A DNA stretch of 25,502 nt. It comes from Lentisphaeria bacterium (lineage in GTDB: Bacteria > Verrucomicrobiota > Lentisphaeria > JABSQK01 > JAWLHB01). The notes under the pieces were generated by a model. That model was not told the DNA's origin. It made no database searches and worked only from the letters and a program-made list of their open reading frames with translations. The DNA lies in contig JAWLHB010000035.1 of assembly GCA_041690595.1 (NCBI GenBank), forward strand, positions 62,001-87,502. The letters are read 5' to 3'. The translations under genes and the position numbers were made by a program. Positions 9,444 to 19,300 of the stretch are shown here, in pieces (position 1 is the first letter of the stretch; each line of letters opens with the position of its first letter).

Positions 9444-10610
9444 ATGATCACCGCCCATCAGACAGCCGAGACGGAAGCCATGCTCCTGCGCCAGGTTCGG
9501 CGCGCGGGGGCGATCTCTCGGGTGGAGTTGGCGCGTGCGATCGGCATCACCCCTTCGACGGTGGGCACCTATGTGCAGCGCCTGCTGGCGGGTGGCTATC
9601 TGCGGGAAGGAAGCCGCTTGCCCGGTGAACGCGGCCGTCCGGCCACGCAAGTGAAGCTGAACCCTGCCGCCGGCTTCATGATCGGCATGGATTTCACGCA
9701 TCATTATGTGCGCGTCGTCAGCCTGGACTTTACGGAGCGGGTGCTGGCCCAGGAACGTTCCTGGATTACTGATGCCATCCCCCTCGATGTGGTGCTCGAC
9801 ACGGCACTTCTTCTTGCAAGGACGTGTGCCCGACATGGGCGGGGGGAGCTGCTTGGCATTGGCATTTCCGTGCCGCATCCCGGGGAAAGAGCGCCGCGCT
9901 ATCTCTGCCAGTGGGATTCCGAACGTGTGGTCGCCGCGGTCGGAGAGGCCTTTACCAAGGAGCCGAGGCTGGCAAATAGCGCGCTGGCACTGGCGGCGGC
10001 GGAGCTGTGGTTTGGCGCCGGACGCAAGGTGCCAACTTTTGTCTCGCTGGAAGGACGAGCCTGCATCAGTGCCGGCATCGTCGCCGACGGGCGCCTGCTG
10101 GCGCTCGATCGACCGGGAACTGGCATGATCGGTCATTGGCTTTGCCCGGAAGAGATCCTCCCGGAGAGCTTGAGGCGCGCCGACATGCGCGTCCTCTCCC
10201 TCAATCGACTGGCCTCGATTCCCGGCCTGCTCGACGGATGCAGATTGGCGCTTCAGAATCAGATTCCCTCGCAACTGCGCGACGTGACCGGCGAGCTGCT
10301 CTTCACGCATCTCCGGGAGGCCTGGCTGGCAGGCGATACGCTGGCTGGCGATTGTGTGGATGCCGCCGCGCGGGCGCTTGGCTGGGCCGTGAGTCGACTG
10401 AGCGATCTCGTCGCACCCGAGTTGGTCATTGTCAGCTATCCGCTGGCCACATTGGGGCAGCGCTTCCTCGATCGAATCTCCCAAGCTGCCCACGAACAGG
10501 CCGCCGCGGCTTCGCCCATCGCCGCACCCCGCATTGTCGCCTCGATCCTTGCCGAACATGCGGGCGCGATCGGTGCCGCCGCGGTCGCTCTCCACCACTG
10601 GCGCCCCTGA
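9444..10610 (+). CDS. ROK-family transcriptional regulator (MarR-like wHTH + ROK domain)
   Basis: ISRVELARAIGITPSTVGTYVQRLLAGGYLRE...RGRP; IGMDF; GIGISVP; ISAGIVADGRL; AGAIGAA at the C-terminus. Start uncertain (9444 or 9480). Confidence 0.88.
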   Translation: MITAHQTAETEAMLLRQVRRAGAISRVELARAIGITPSTVGTYVQRLLAGGYLREGSRLPGERGRPATQVKLNPAAGFMIGMDFTHHYVRVVSLDFTERVLAQERSWITDAIPLDVVLDTALLLARTCARHGRGELLGIGISVPHPGERAPRYLCQWDSERVVAAVGEAFTKEPRLANSALALAAAELWFGAGRKVPTFVSLEGRACISAGIVADGRLLALDRPGTGMIGHWLCPEEILPESLRRADMRVLSLNRLASIPGLLDGCRLALQNQIPSQLRDVTGELLFTHLREAWLAGDTLAGDCVDAAARALGWAVSRLSDLVAPELVIVSYPLATLGQRFLDRISQAAHEQAAAASPIAAPRIVASILAEHAGAIGAAAVALHHWRP

Positions 10611-10619
10611 CCGACGTGC

Positions 10620-12125
10620 TCAGACCTTGTAGGGGATGTTGCGCAGGGGGTAGTCCATGAGGATGAGGCGGTCGAGGAGCAGGCGGCGGTGTTCGGCGAT
10701 GACATCCCCATGGTCCGGGTGGTGCCATAGGTTGCGCAGCTCATGGGGATCGTTGAGCAAGTCGTATAGCTCGCCATGGCTTGCGGCCGGATAGAAGGTG
10801 GCTCGCCAGCGCTCGGTGCGGATGGTACGTGCCCAGGTCAGCGGATTGGGCGTCGGATCTTCCGGCCCGCCATCGTAGCTTTCGACATAGGCATAGGCGC
10901 GTCCCGCGCTTTGGTCGTCTCCGGCAAGGAGAGGGAAGTAGCTCTTCCCATCCATGATAGGCGGGGATATCCGGCAGGCCTGCAGCAGGGTTGGCGCCAG
11001 GTCGAGCTGCTCCACGATGTCACCGAGGCGTGCTCCGGCTGGCAATTGCTCCCGCCAGCGGAAGATGAGGGGTGTGCGGATGGCGCTGTCGTAGTGATAG
11101 GCTGACTTGCCGCAAAGCCCGTGATCCCCCAGCAATTCGCCATGGTCGCTGGTGTAGACGATGATTGTTTCCCGCGGATCCAGGCGATTGTCGACAGCTT
11201 CCAGCAGGCGGCCGATCTGGTCGTCCATGAAGGTGATGCCGCCATAGTAGAGCGCCCGCTGATGACGCCAGTCGTCGTCGGTGAATCTTGCCAGGGCCGA
11301 TGCCAGGGCGCGAGTATGGGGCGGCAAGTGGCGAAGCTCCTCATCGTCGCGAACTGGGGAACCGACGTCGGCCGGGTCATACATCTCGGCGTACCGTCGC
11401 GGTGGATCGAAGGGATTGTGCGGATCGACGTAACCCACCCACATGAAGAGCGGGGTGTCGGTGTCATGAAGGTCCAGATACTCGATGGCGCGATCGGTGA
11501 TCCAATGGCTCTTGTGCGCGGCTTCTGGCATGGGCGAACGATGGGCATAGCCCCAGTTGCAGGTCGGGCTGATCTCGTGGGGCGCGACGGCCTGCCTGCG
11601 ACAGCGCTCGACCTCGTCCCGCACGTCATGGCGCCCTTTCCAGAAGTCCGGATTTACCGGCAGGTTGAAGAGGCAGCCGGTCAGATAATCCCGATGTTCT
11701 GGAAATTCCCGCGTCACATAGTCGTAATAAGCGCCGATGGAATTGTCTTCGACGCTTTCGAGATACTGAAAGCCATAGTGCGGAGCCTCGGGCACCCCCC
11801 ACTGATGGGGAACGAAGTGGGTCTTGCCAAAGGCGGCGGTGGCGTAACCTTCATCCGCCAGAAGTGTCGCGAGGGTAGGTACCTCATCGGAGAGGAAGCA
11901 GCCATTGCGGGGGACGCCATTGCGGCGGGTGCCGCAGCCGGTCATCAATCCCGCTCTCGCTGGCGCGCAGACGGGGTTCTGCGAATAGCATCGTTCCATG
12001 ACAACGCCTTCGGCCGCCAAGCGGTCGAGGGTCGGCGTCTGGCAGTGCTCACTGCCGTAGCATCCCATGGCATCCGCGCGATGCTGATCGGAACAGATCA
12101 CAATGACATTTGGCTTTCTCATCAT
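10620..12125 (-). CDS. Formylglycine-dependent sulfatase (choline-sulfatase-like), no signal peptide
   Basis: KPNVIVICSDQHRAD, catalytic CAPAR (CxPxR), GKTH, DPHNPF, YTSDHGELLGDHG, ELYDLLNDPHELRNL. Start at 12125 or 12122. Confidence 0.93.
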   Translation of the reverse strand: MMRKPNVIVICSDQHRADAMGCYGSEHCQTPTLDRLAAEGVVMERCYSQNPVCAPARAGLMTGCGTRRNGVPRNGCFLSDEVPTLATLLADEGYATAAFGKTHFVPHQWGVPEAPHYGFQYLESVEDNSIGAYYDYVTREFPEHRDYLTGCLFNLPVNPDFWKGRHDVRDEVERCRRQAVAPHEISPTCNWGYAHRSPMPEAAHKSHWITDRAIEYLDLHDTDTPLFMWVGYVDPHNPFDPPRRYAEMYDPADVGSPVRDDEELRHLPPHTRALASALARFTDDDWRHQRALYYGGITFMDDQIGRLLEAVDNRLDPRETIIVYTSDHGELLGDHGLCGKSAYHYDSAIRTPLIFRWREQLPAGARLGDIVEQLDLAPTLLQACRISPPIMDGKSYFPLLAGDDQSAGRAYAYVESYDGGPEDPTPNPLTWARTIRTERWRATFYPAASHGELYDLLNDPHELRNLWHHPDHGDVIAEHRRLLLDRLILMDYPLRNIPYKV

Positions 12126-12152
12126 CTCCCGGGCGTTTTTTCTGAAGGTAGA

Positions 12153-12182
12153 CTGGTACATTTCGCAACATAATCTGGTACA
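12153..12182. promoter_or_regulatory. Direct repeat CTGGTACA x2 (22-bp period) upstream of the sulfatase, candidate operator
   Basis: CTGGTACA at 12153-12160 and 12175-12182. The copies flank the -10 of a possible minus-strand promoter GTGACA-N16-TATGTT. Confidence 0.5.
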
Positions 12183-12266
12183 AGAGAATGTCACGATGCA
12201 AGCTCGTCAACTGCCTGCACGCAGCCGTGAAGCGCGGCGTGAATGAAGCGCTTCGTCAAAACACTC

Positions 12267-12294
12267 TTGACTAATTGCAATCAATCGGCAATCT
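12267..12294 (+). promoter_or_regulatory. Putative sigma70 promoter of the first GntR gene, containing the palindrome ATTGCAAT
   Basis: TTGACT (12267-12272)-N16-CAATCT (12289-12294). The imperfect palindrome GACTAATTGCAATCAATC spans the spacer. Confidence 0.45.
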
Positions 12295-12300
12295 TTAAGC

Positions 12301-13338
12301 ATGCACTCACTCGCCAACCCAACCGAGACGATGGCGCTCGAAGCGGATTTGCGGAAGTTCTGCGCCACCACAATGCCCGATACGCCGCTGCTTCCGGAGC
12401 GGCGGCTGGCGGAGCGCTATGGAGTCACCCATGCCGCGGTGCGCAAGGTGCTCAAGCGGCTTCACGATGATGGGGCGATCTATCGCCAGCAGGGGCGGGG
12501 CACCTTTGTCGCGGCCGACCCGGCCACGGAGACAGGGATGCGGACCATTGTCTATGTGGATGTATGGCATCAACTGGCGCATCCGTATTATGTGAGCCGC
12601 CTGCGCGGAATCATGGGCGAGGGCAGGAAGCACCAGTTGAGAATTCAGATGTTCGACGGACCGCCGGTGGAGACGCAGGAGCTTTACGCGGAAGTGGCGC
12701 GCGACGAAGTGGCGGGGGTGATTCTGCCTTACGCGGACGCGAAGCTCGAGCACGAGTTGCGCAATGCCAACGCCCATCTGGCGATTCTATCCACCGGATA
12801 CGCCAGCGCATTGACCACGATCACGCATGTGGTCAGCGATCACCAGAGCCTGGGTGCCATGGCCGCTGCCTACCTCCTGCGGCAGGGGGCAACTCGCCCC
12901 TTCGCGATCTGCGCGCATCAGGAGAGTCAGCATGCTTTCGAGTCAGCATGCGCGGAAGCCGGCGTCAAGGGAGCCACGCTGCGCATGTCAGCGCTTTCCC
13001 CGCGGCCCGACGATGCCGTGCATGCCTGCCGACAGGCCCAGGCGGATGGCATCGCTTTCGACGACGAAGTTCTGGCAGCCGCGGTCCATTCGCGCTTGGA
13101 GGGATTTCACGGACCGCTGATCAGCCAGTTCACCGAAGGCGCGTCACCACCGATGGCCAAGGCGGCGTTGCTGGCCGTGGATGGCCTCAACATGGGACGG
13201 TTGATCTCGCGGACGCTGAACGGCATGATTCATCACGATCTCTATCATAATACCATCGTGCGGGTGCGCCCCCGCCTCATCGACCACACAGAAACCCGCC
13301 GCGGGGAGCCTTTCCCCGCCGAGGAGAGAGCCCCATGA
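12301..13338 (+). CDS. GntR wHTH + periplasmic-binding-fold (LacI-like) transcriptional regulator
   Basis: [41 protein letters not shown] followed by a degenerate LacI-type effector domain (HPYY..L.GI, VAGVIL, HVVSDH..LG..AA.YL, VRPRLI). Confidence 0.88.
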   Translation: MHSLANPTETMALEADLRKFCATTMPDTPLLPERRLAERYGVTHAAVRKVLKRLHDDGAIYRQQGRGTFVAADPATETGMRTIVYVDVWHQLAHPYYVSRLRGIMGEGRKHQLRIQMFDGPPVETQELYAEVARDEVAGVILPYADAKLEHELRNANAHLAILSTGYASALTTITHVVSDHQSLGAMAAAYLLRQGATRPFAICAHQESQHAFESACAEAGVKGATLRMSALSPRPDDAVHACRQAQADGIAFDDEVLAAAVHSRLEGFHGPLISQFTEGASPPMAKAALLAVDGLNMGRLISRTLNGMIHHDLYHNTIVRVRPRLIDHTETRRGEPFPAEERAP

Positions 13339-14180
13339 AAGCAAGATACCGACAAAGCGCCTTTACTCTGATTGAACTTCTGGTCGTCATTGCCATCATA
13401 GCCATTCTGGCCAGTCTGCTCTTGCCGGCATTGGCCTCGGCTCGTCAGCGGGCGATGATGACAAGCTGCATGGCGAACCTGTCGCAGGTCGGCATGGGAG
13501 CGGCGATCTACGAAGGGGAGTTCAATGTGGTGCCCATCGGCGGGCACACCAACATGCAGGCCTGGGCTCCCAAGCTCTACCTGAATCCGACGGGCCTGAT
13601 GGGGCCGGAGTTCATGATTTTTGCCAGGGAGTATCTGGGAGTGCCGAATCCCAACTGGCTGACCGCCAAACAGCCTCGCGACTTCGGCATCCTGACTTGT
13701 CCGGCCAAAGCCAGTACGCGGCTCATCAACTGGAGCAACGTGCGGAACATCTCCTATATCAATGGCGCGATTGTCAGCCGCTATCAGGCTCAGTATGGAA
13801 CCATCTTCTATCCCCGCGCCAATCCGGGCATGAAGGCCGAACTGGAACGCGTTTATGGTCCCAATGGTCATTACTACAACTTTGGACATCGCTCGCTGCA
13901 GGCGAACGACGCATCCGCGCTGCCATGGCTCTACGATGAAGCCGTCGCTTCCGGTACGGCGGCCTATTATGCGGCCACCAATCAGCCGGGGCAGCACATC
14001 AATCATGGCGGGAATGACGCTCCCCGTCTGAATGCCGCCTATATGGACGGATCCGTCGGCAGTCAGCGGGCCGATTGGAATTGGATGGGCGACTGCTATG
14101 GCATGCGACGATTCGACAGCACAACCTTCCCCGCCTGGTACATGCCCTATATCCGCCGGAGCCCCTTCCCCGCGTTCTGA
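13335..14180 (+). CDS. Prepilin-type N-terminal cleavage/methylation protein (DUF1559/H-X9-DG-like), 281 aa
   Basis: [32 protein letters not shown]...[10 protein letters not shown], internal CPA, C-terminal H...[14 protein letters not shown] overlap with the regulator stop. Confidence 0.9.
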   Translation: MKARYRQSAFTLIELLVVIAIIAILASLLLPALASARQRAMMTSCMANLSQVGMGAAIYEGEFNVVPIGGHTNMQAWAPKLYLNPTGLMGPEFMIFAREYLGVPNPNWLTAKQPRDFGILTCPAKASTRLINWSNVRNISYINGAIVSRYQAQYGTIFYPRANPGMKAELERVYGPNGHYYNFGHRSLQANDASALPWLYDEAVASGTAAYYAATNQPGQHINHGGNDAPRLNAAYMDGSVGSQRADWNWMGDCYGMRRFDSTTFPAWYMPYIRRSPFPAF

Positions 14181-14229
14181 GCCACCAGCTCCTCCCGGCA
14201 CCCGAGATCCGTCTGGTCCGTTCGCTACC

Positions 14230-14289
14230 AAGTTGTAGAATGTTTGCAATCTACACTTGCATGTCTGCAGGATAAGTTGTAGAATGTTT
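14230..14289. repeat. Perfect 16-bp direct repeat AAGTTGTAGAATGTTT x2 plus an inverted degenerate copy; candidate operators
   Basis: Copies at 14230-14245 and 14274-14289 (44-bp period). An inverted AAGTGTAGATTG lies at 14247-14258 on the minus strand. Confidence 0.8.
14257..14285 (+). promoter_or_regulatory. sigma70-type promoter of the second GntR-LacI/pilin operon
   Basis: TTGCAT (14257-14262)-N17-TAGAAT (14280-14285); GGGAG RBS before ATG 14313. The -10 lies inside the second direct repeat. Confidence 0.7.
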
Positions 14290-14312
14290 TAATTACAAAC
14301 GGGAGCTGCTGG

Positions 14313-15437
14313 ATGAAACGGTCGAAGCGTGACGAGGTATTGGAGCTGCTGCGGCGGGAGCTTGCTTCCGGCCGCTACCCTGCCGAGTCGTTGCTGCCGT
14401 CGGAGAACGAGTTGCGGGAGCAGTGGGGGATCAGCCGCAACACCATCCGCGAGGCGGTCTCGGTGCTTGTGCAGGAAGGGCTGGTGGAGCGACGGAGGGG
14501 TAGCGGCACACGGGTGGTTGCAACCGAGTCCACCCTGCGAAGCTGTCTGCTGATCGTCCGCACAACCGGTGACTTGTACGAGCGCCAGGCCCAGGACCTG
14601 CAGCGTTACCTTCAGGAGCGGGGCGTCATTCCGATGATCTTGCCGTTGCCGGACGATGGCGAAGCCGCGATCATTGACCTGCGCTCCGGGCTGCGGTATG
14701 CCTCCGCGCACAGGATGGACGGGTTGATTGTGCATGGGCTTCCGAACGAGGTGCGGGAGTTTCTGACGACGGCGCGGTCAACGCTCTCGACCGTGATCGT
14801 GAATGAGGGCGTCAGCGATTTGCCGCACGCCGTGAATCAGATTGTGGCCGACCACTTCCGCGGCGCTCGCCTCGCCACCCACCATCTCCGGAAGCTTGGC
14901 CATGAGCGCATCCTCGCCGTCATCCATCGCTACAACTTCCTTTCACCCGGTCGGGCCATCCATCAGGCGCGGGGGGTCTATGGCGATCTCATCCGGGGTT
15001 ACATCGAGGGGCTGGATGGTGAGTCGCCCCACTATCATTTCATCGATCGTGAATTTCTCGATTCGCAGGATGTCGAAGGACTGCGCCGGCAACTTCGTGG
15101 TCCCCGCCGACCGACAGCAATCTTTGCCGTCGGCGACTATCGGGCAAAGGCGGTGATCGATATTGCCGGTCAGCTCGGTCTGCGGGTCCCCGAGGAACTG
15201 GCGGTGGTTGGTTACGGCAACACCCCGTGGGCGACTCTGGGGCAGTTGCCGCTGACGACGATAGAACACCACTATGAGCGCATCGCCGAACTTGCCGTCG
15301 AGCAGCTTTTCCCATCGCAGGCGCCGGAGTTCTCGCCAACGACCCGCATCGTAGAACCGGAACTGGTGGTACGCACGTCGTGTGGCGCCAGGATTGTACC
15401 TTCATCCTTTTCTTCACGTCGCATTCGCCAAGCCTGA
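14313..15437 (+). CDS. GntR wHTH + LacI-type sugar-binding domain regulator (AraR-like architecture)
   Basis: LPSENELREQWGISRNTIREAVSVLVQEGLVERRRGSGTRV; DGLIV, ADHFRGARLATHHL.KLGHERI, PTAIFAVGD, GLRVPEELAVVGY, PLTTI, PELVVRTSC. Confidence 0.93.
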   Translation: MKRSKRDEVLELLRRELASGRYPAESLLPSENELREQWGISRNTIREAVSVLVQEGLVERRRGSGTRVVATESTLRSCLLIVRTTGDLYERQAQDLQRYLQERGVIPMILPLPDDGEAAIIDLRSGLRYASAHRMDGLIVHGLPNEVREFLTTARSTLSTVIVNEGVSDLPHAVNQIVADHFRGARLATHHLRKLGHERILAVIHRYNFLSPGRAIHQARGVYGDLIRGYIEGLDGESPHYHFIDREFLDSQDVEGLRRQLRGPRRPTAIFAVGDYRAKAVIDIAGQLGLRVPEELAVVGYGNTPWATLGQLPLTTIEHHYERIAELAVEQLFPSQAPEFSPTTRIVEPELVVRTSCGARIVPSSFSSRRIRQA

Positions 15438-15479
15438 AAGCAGGCTGCCCAAGATCCACCAACCACAGGGAGCCACGCC

Positions 15480-16316
15480 ATGAACCTCCGCCGCCGTCGA
15501 TTTACCTTAATCGAACTTCTCGTTTGTGTCGCCATCATCGCCATTCTGGCGTCAATGCTGCTGCCGGCCCTGAGTAAGGCCAAAGACAAGGCAAGATCCA
15601 GCACCTGCATCAACAATCAGAAAGGGCTCGGGATGGCCATGGCCATGTATACTGGCGATTGGGACGGCAACTATCCGTACGCCAATCCTGCCACGGGCTT
15701 CAGCAACTGGAGCAATCCATGGCCGTGGCGTATGGCCATTGCCGAGTATGCCGGCGGATACAGCTGGCTTCAAAAACCGAAGCAACTCTTCTGCCCATCC
15801 AACCCGTTTGCCCCGTGGATCTCTTCCGATAACCAGGGCAGGCCACCAAGCACCTACGCCATGAATTCGTCGGCATTTCCCGCCAACTGGCACGATCAGT
15901 CGGGCATCAATCCCCTGCTGCCAGGCAACACCCATCGCTACCTGCACCCGATGAAGGATAGCCGCCTGCTCGATTCCTCCGGCGTCCTGCTACTCGGGGA
16001 GGTGCCGCAGGGCGACGCCAGCCAGAACCCAGCCTTCAAATCCCTTCCCAATCATCGCAAGTACATCGCCTCCAACGACTTGAATGCTACCGTCTTCTGG
16101 ATATGGGCGTATCCCGAGTATTGGGTGACGGAGACCATCGCGGTGGGCTCCTGGGGGCCGCCAATGGCTCAGGTCCCACACAATCTGGGATGGAACTCCC
16201 TCCTTGCCGATGGCCACGTGCGGGCGGATTCCCGTAATAAGCTGATCGGGCTTTCGCGCCCCCTCTATGTTGGCCAGACCAAGCGCGAGGGCAACCTCTT
16301 CTGGCAGAATAGATGA
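15480..16316 (+). CDS. Prepilin-type N-terminal cleavage/methylation protein with H-X9-DG motif (DUF1559-like), 278 aa
   Basis: [59 protein letters not shown]; exact H-X9-DG in [15 protein letters not shown]. Confidence 0.93.
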   Translation: MNLRRRRFTLIELLVCVAIIAILASMLLPALSKAKDKARSSTCINNQKGLGMAMAMYTGDWDGNYPYANPATGFSNWSNPWPWRMAIAEYAGGYSWLQKPKQLFCPSNPFAPWISSDNQGRPPSTYAMNSSAFPANWHDQSGINPLLPGNTHRYLHPMKDSRLLDSSGVLLLGEVPQGDASQNPAFKSLPNHRKYIASNDLNATVFWIWAYPEYWVTETIAVGSWGPPMAQVPHNLGWNSLLADGHVRADSRNKLIGLSRPLYVGQTKREGNLFWQNR

Positions 16317-19300
16317 CCTCGACGGCAGACAGGTTGAGAAACTCCGCCAGTCGCCATCGTCTTCGGCTGCTGATCCTGCTCATCTGTCTGGCAGCGGGCG
16401 CCCAGGAAACCGCCTGGCCGGGGGAGTTCCACTTGCCTGGCGTGCCTTTGCCGGGCCCAGGTTTTGCCGGCGATGCGGGCTTCATGGTGATGGACTGGAA
16501 CAGCGACGGGCTCCCCGATCTCTTCATCGATGACACGGGCTCCGTCGGCCGAGGCACCATCTACCTCAATGTGGGAACACGGACGGAGCCGCGCTTCGAC
16601 CACGGCATCCCGTATCCGTTCAACTGCACCGAGACGGTGCCGCAGACGGTGGAGCATCTGATCGCCAGAAGCTGGTGCGACCTCAATCACGATGGTCTCC
16701 CGGACCTGATCCTGTACGATGGGCAACTGCGCTATGCCCCCAATACGGGAGCGCCGCAACGCCCGTACCATTGGCAGCTTTGGCCCGAGAGACCCCACCA
16801 TTTCCCTGCGAGCGAAAGCATGATCCGGGAGAATGCACGCTTTGCCACCGGCCCGGAGAGCATGTTCTGGCAGAAAGGAATCTTTGCCCGGCAGGTGATC
16901 ACCTTTACCGCCGCCGATTGGGATGGGGATGGGCTGGAGGATCTCCTGATCTGCCGCTTTCGCGACGAGGCCCCCGGCGCCGAATCGCTCGGAATGCATG
17001 AGCAATGGACCCCATGGGGACGGCGCGCTTTGCGGCCTCCCGCCGAACCTGGGGTTGCCGAGCCCGACCAGCGCTACCTCGCCCCGCTGACCGAAGCCCC
17101 CGCTCGCGGACTGTACTTCTACCGCAACAGTGGTACGGCCGGAGCGCCGCACTTCGATGCGGCCGTGGAGATCCTCACCCCAGACGGTCAATCCGTTGCC
17201 GCTCCCAATCCCGTCGTGGCCGATCTCGATGGCGACGGCGTCCCGGACCTGCTGGCGACGGAAACCGCCTACACCTCGAACGCCTTTCGGGTGGATTGGC
17301 CGACCCGCCCGAATGCCGTATGGTTCCGCCGGCCGGGCGCCTCACCGGGGATCCTCGAAGAACCCCGAGATCTCGTCCAAGCTGACGGCACGGCCATCGC
17401 GGCGGGAACGATGCTGCGCGTCGCCGATCTTGGCGGCACGGGGGCCGGCGATCTCCTGGTAATGGACGCGATTCCCAAGGGTGGCATCCGCTGGTATCGC
17501 CGCGAAGCCGGAGACACACCGGCTTTCGCTCCACCGATCGAGCTGCGCGGACAGGATTTCCCGCGCTTCGATTTCAGCGTTCAGCCCTTGGTCGTCGACT
17601 GGTTTGGCCCCAACTCGCGCGACCTGCTCCTGCACGGAATCACCGATCATCACTGCAAATGGGGCCTGAACCGCACGGCCCTCTTCCGCAACACCAATCC
17701 TGCGCCGGGAGCGCCCCGGTATCGGTTCGAGGGGTACCTCACCTGGCGCGGTGATCCCAGCCTGGTTCCTGTTTCCGAACAGGAGCGGCAGTACGAGTGC
17801 TATGGCAGCGCCATCGCGGTCGCACCGGCCGCGGCCGATGGGCGACGATCCATCTTGGCGAGCATTGGCGGCAAGCATTTCTGGCTGAGCGATCTGGCGG
17901 AGGACGGGCTCACCTTCCAGCACCTCGAACGGCTGGATATCCCGAACACTTCGAACCGTCTTCGCGGCTGGCAGGAGATCGCCATCGAGGTGGACTTCCC
18001 GGTGCGCTATCTTCGGCTCGGCAACGACCGCAACGGCATGGGGAATCTGCGCGACAGCATGCTGCACCTGCTCCACCTGGAGATCTGGTCCGGCGATCGC
18101 AACCTGGCCACCCCCGAGCTGCTCAAGATCGAGAAGACCAATACCGAAACCGTCCGCTGGTACCAGATCCAACGACCCGCCAACTTCCTCGATCCGCAAA
18201 ACGCCAATACCGACCGGGAACTGCGGGCCACCTCGTGGGGGTACTTCATCGGCCCTGCCATCATCACCCTTGCCGAGGCTGCCCGCCTCGACCGCGTCCG
18301 CTTCCTGCTTTCCGAACGAGACAGTGGCTGGTACGAGTGGCTGGTACCCTTCTCGTGGCAGGGCAAGATCTTTCGGATGGGCTGCGAAATCGGTGAACCA
18401 TGGTACCAGTACGTGCTGGAGGTCTCACCGGACGGCGAAAACTGGACGCCCGTTGTCAACCGCATGACTACCGAGATGATGTACAGCCATCCGCGCCTGC
18501 TGGATTGGGATGGCGATGGCCGTGTCGACCTGCTTCTTGGCGTCACTTCCGCCAATGGCATCTATCCCAGTACCAAGAGCTACCGCCTCTACCGCAACGA
18601 CGGCACCAACGAGCGGCCCCGCTATCGCGACCATACGGTCGCCACCCTCGCCGATGGAAAAGAGCTGCGGATGCAGGCAGAGTGGCTGGCCACCACCGCC
18701 AACCAAGGTGGCATTGTCCCCTTCGATATCGATGGCGATGGTGCCCTCGACCTCGTTGTGGAAGCACACGCAGGTGGGGAACTGCGCTGGTTCCGCCAGG
18801 TGGGCGACTTCCAGTTCGAGCCTGGCGGCAGCCTCAACGCCGATGGCAAGACCATCCGCTACGCCAGCCGCAACCGCTTCTTCGACATCGCCGATGTCGA
18901 TGGTGACGGAAGTCTGGATCTGTTGAGCAGCAGCGACGGCAAACTCTCCTGGTTCAAGGGCGGGAGCGTGACCCCTGCCGGTGAAACAACCATGCCCGAA
19001 TCCCAAACGATGCTGCTTCCACAGACGGCCGAGACGTTGGGCGAGAGCGATCAGCGGGTTCTGACCGTTCGCGCCCAGAACACCAAGGGTGAAGATGCCC
19101 GCTACGTCCGCCTCTCCTTCCCACCACTACCGAAGGACGCGACCTTCGAGCGCGTCGAGCTGCGCCTCTGCGCCGACCACCGCACGCAAGTGGATCCGAA
19201 CCTCCTCGTGCCGCGGCTGACCGATGAGATCGCCTGCCTCGAACTGCCCAGCGCCGAGGCAGACGATCCGGCGACCGGCGGGCGCTTCCTGGCCTTCGCG

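Noticed and set aside
6993..12173. Antisense ORFs opposite the lyase, PrpD, ROK and sulfatase genes (347, 448, 393 and 350 aa)
   Set aside because: Each fully overlaps a gene with clear family motifs; typical shadow ORFs.
14230..14289. CRISPR mini-array reading (GTTGTAGA resembles the end of Cas12a repeats; 28-nt spacer)
   Set aside because: Only two 16-bp copies, no cas genes, and the repeat overlaps a well-formed -10 box. An operator is the simpler explanation.
13335..16316. A type II secretion or type IV pilus operon
   Set aside because: No ATPase, platform, secretin or peptidase genes are present. The proteins are DUF1559/H-X9-DG-type rather than GspG/PilA.
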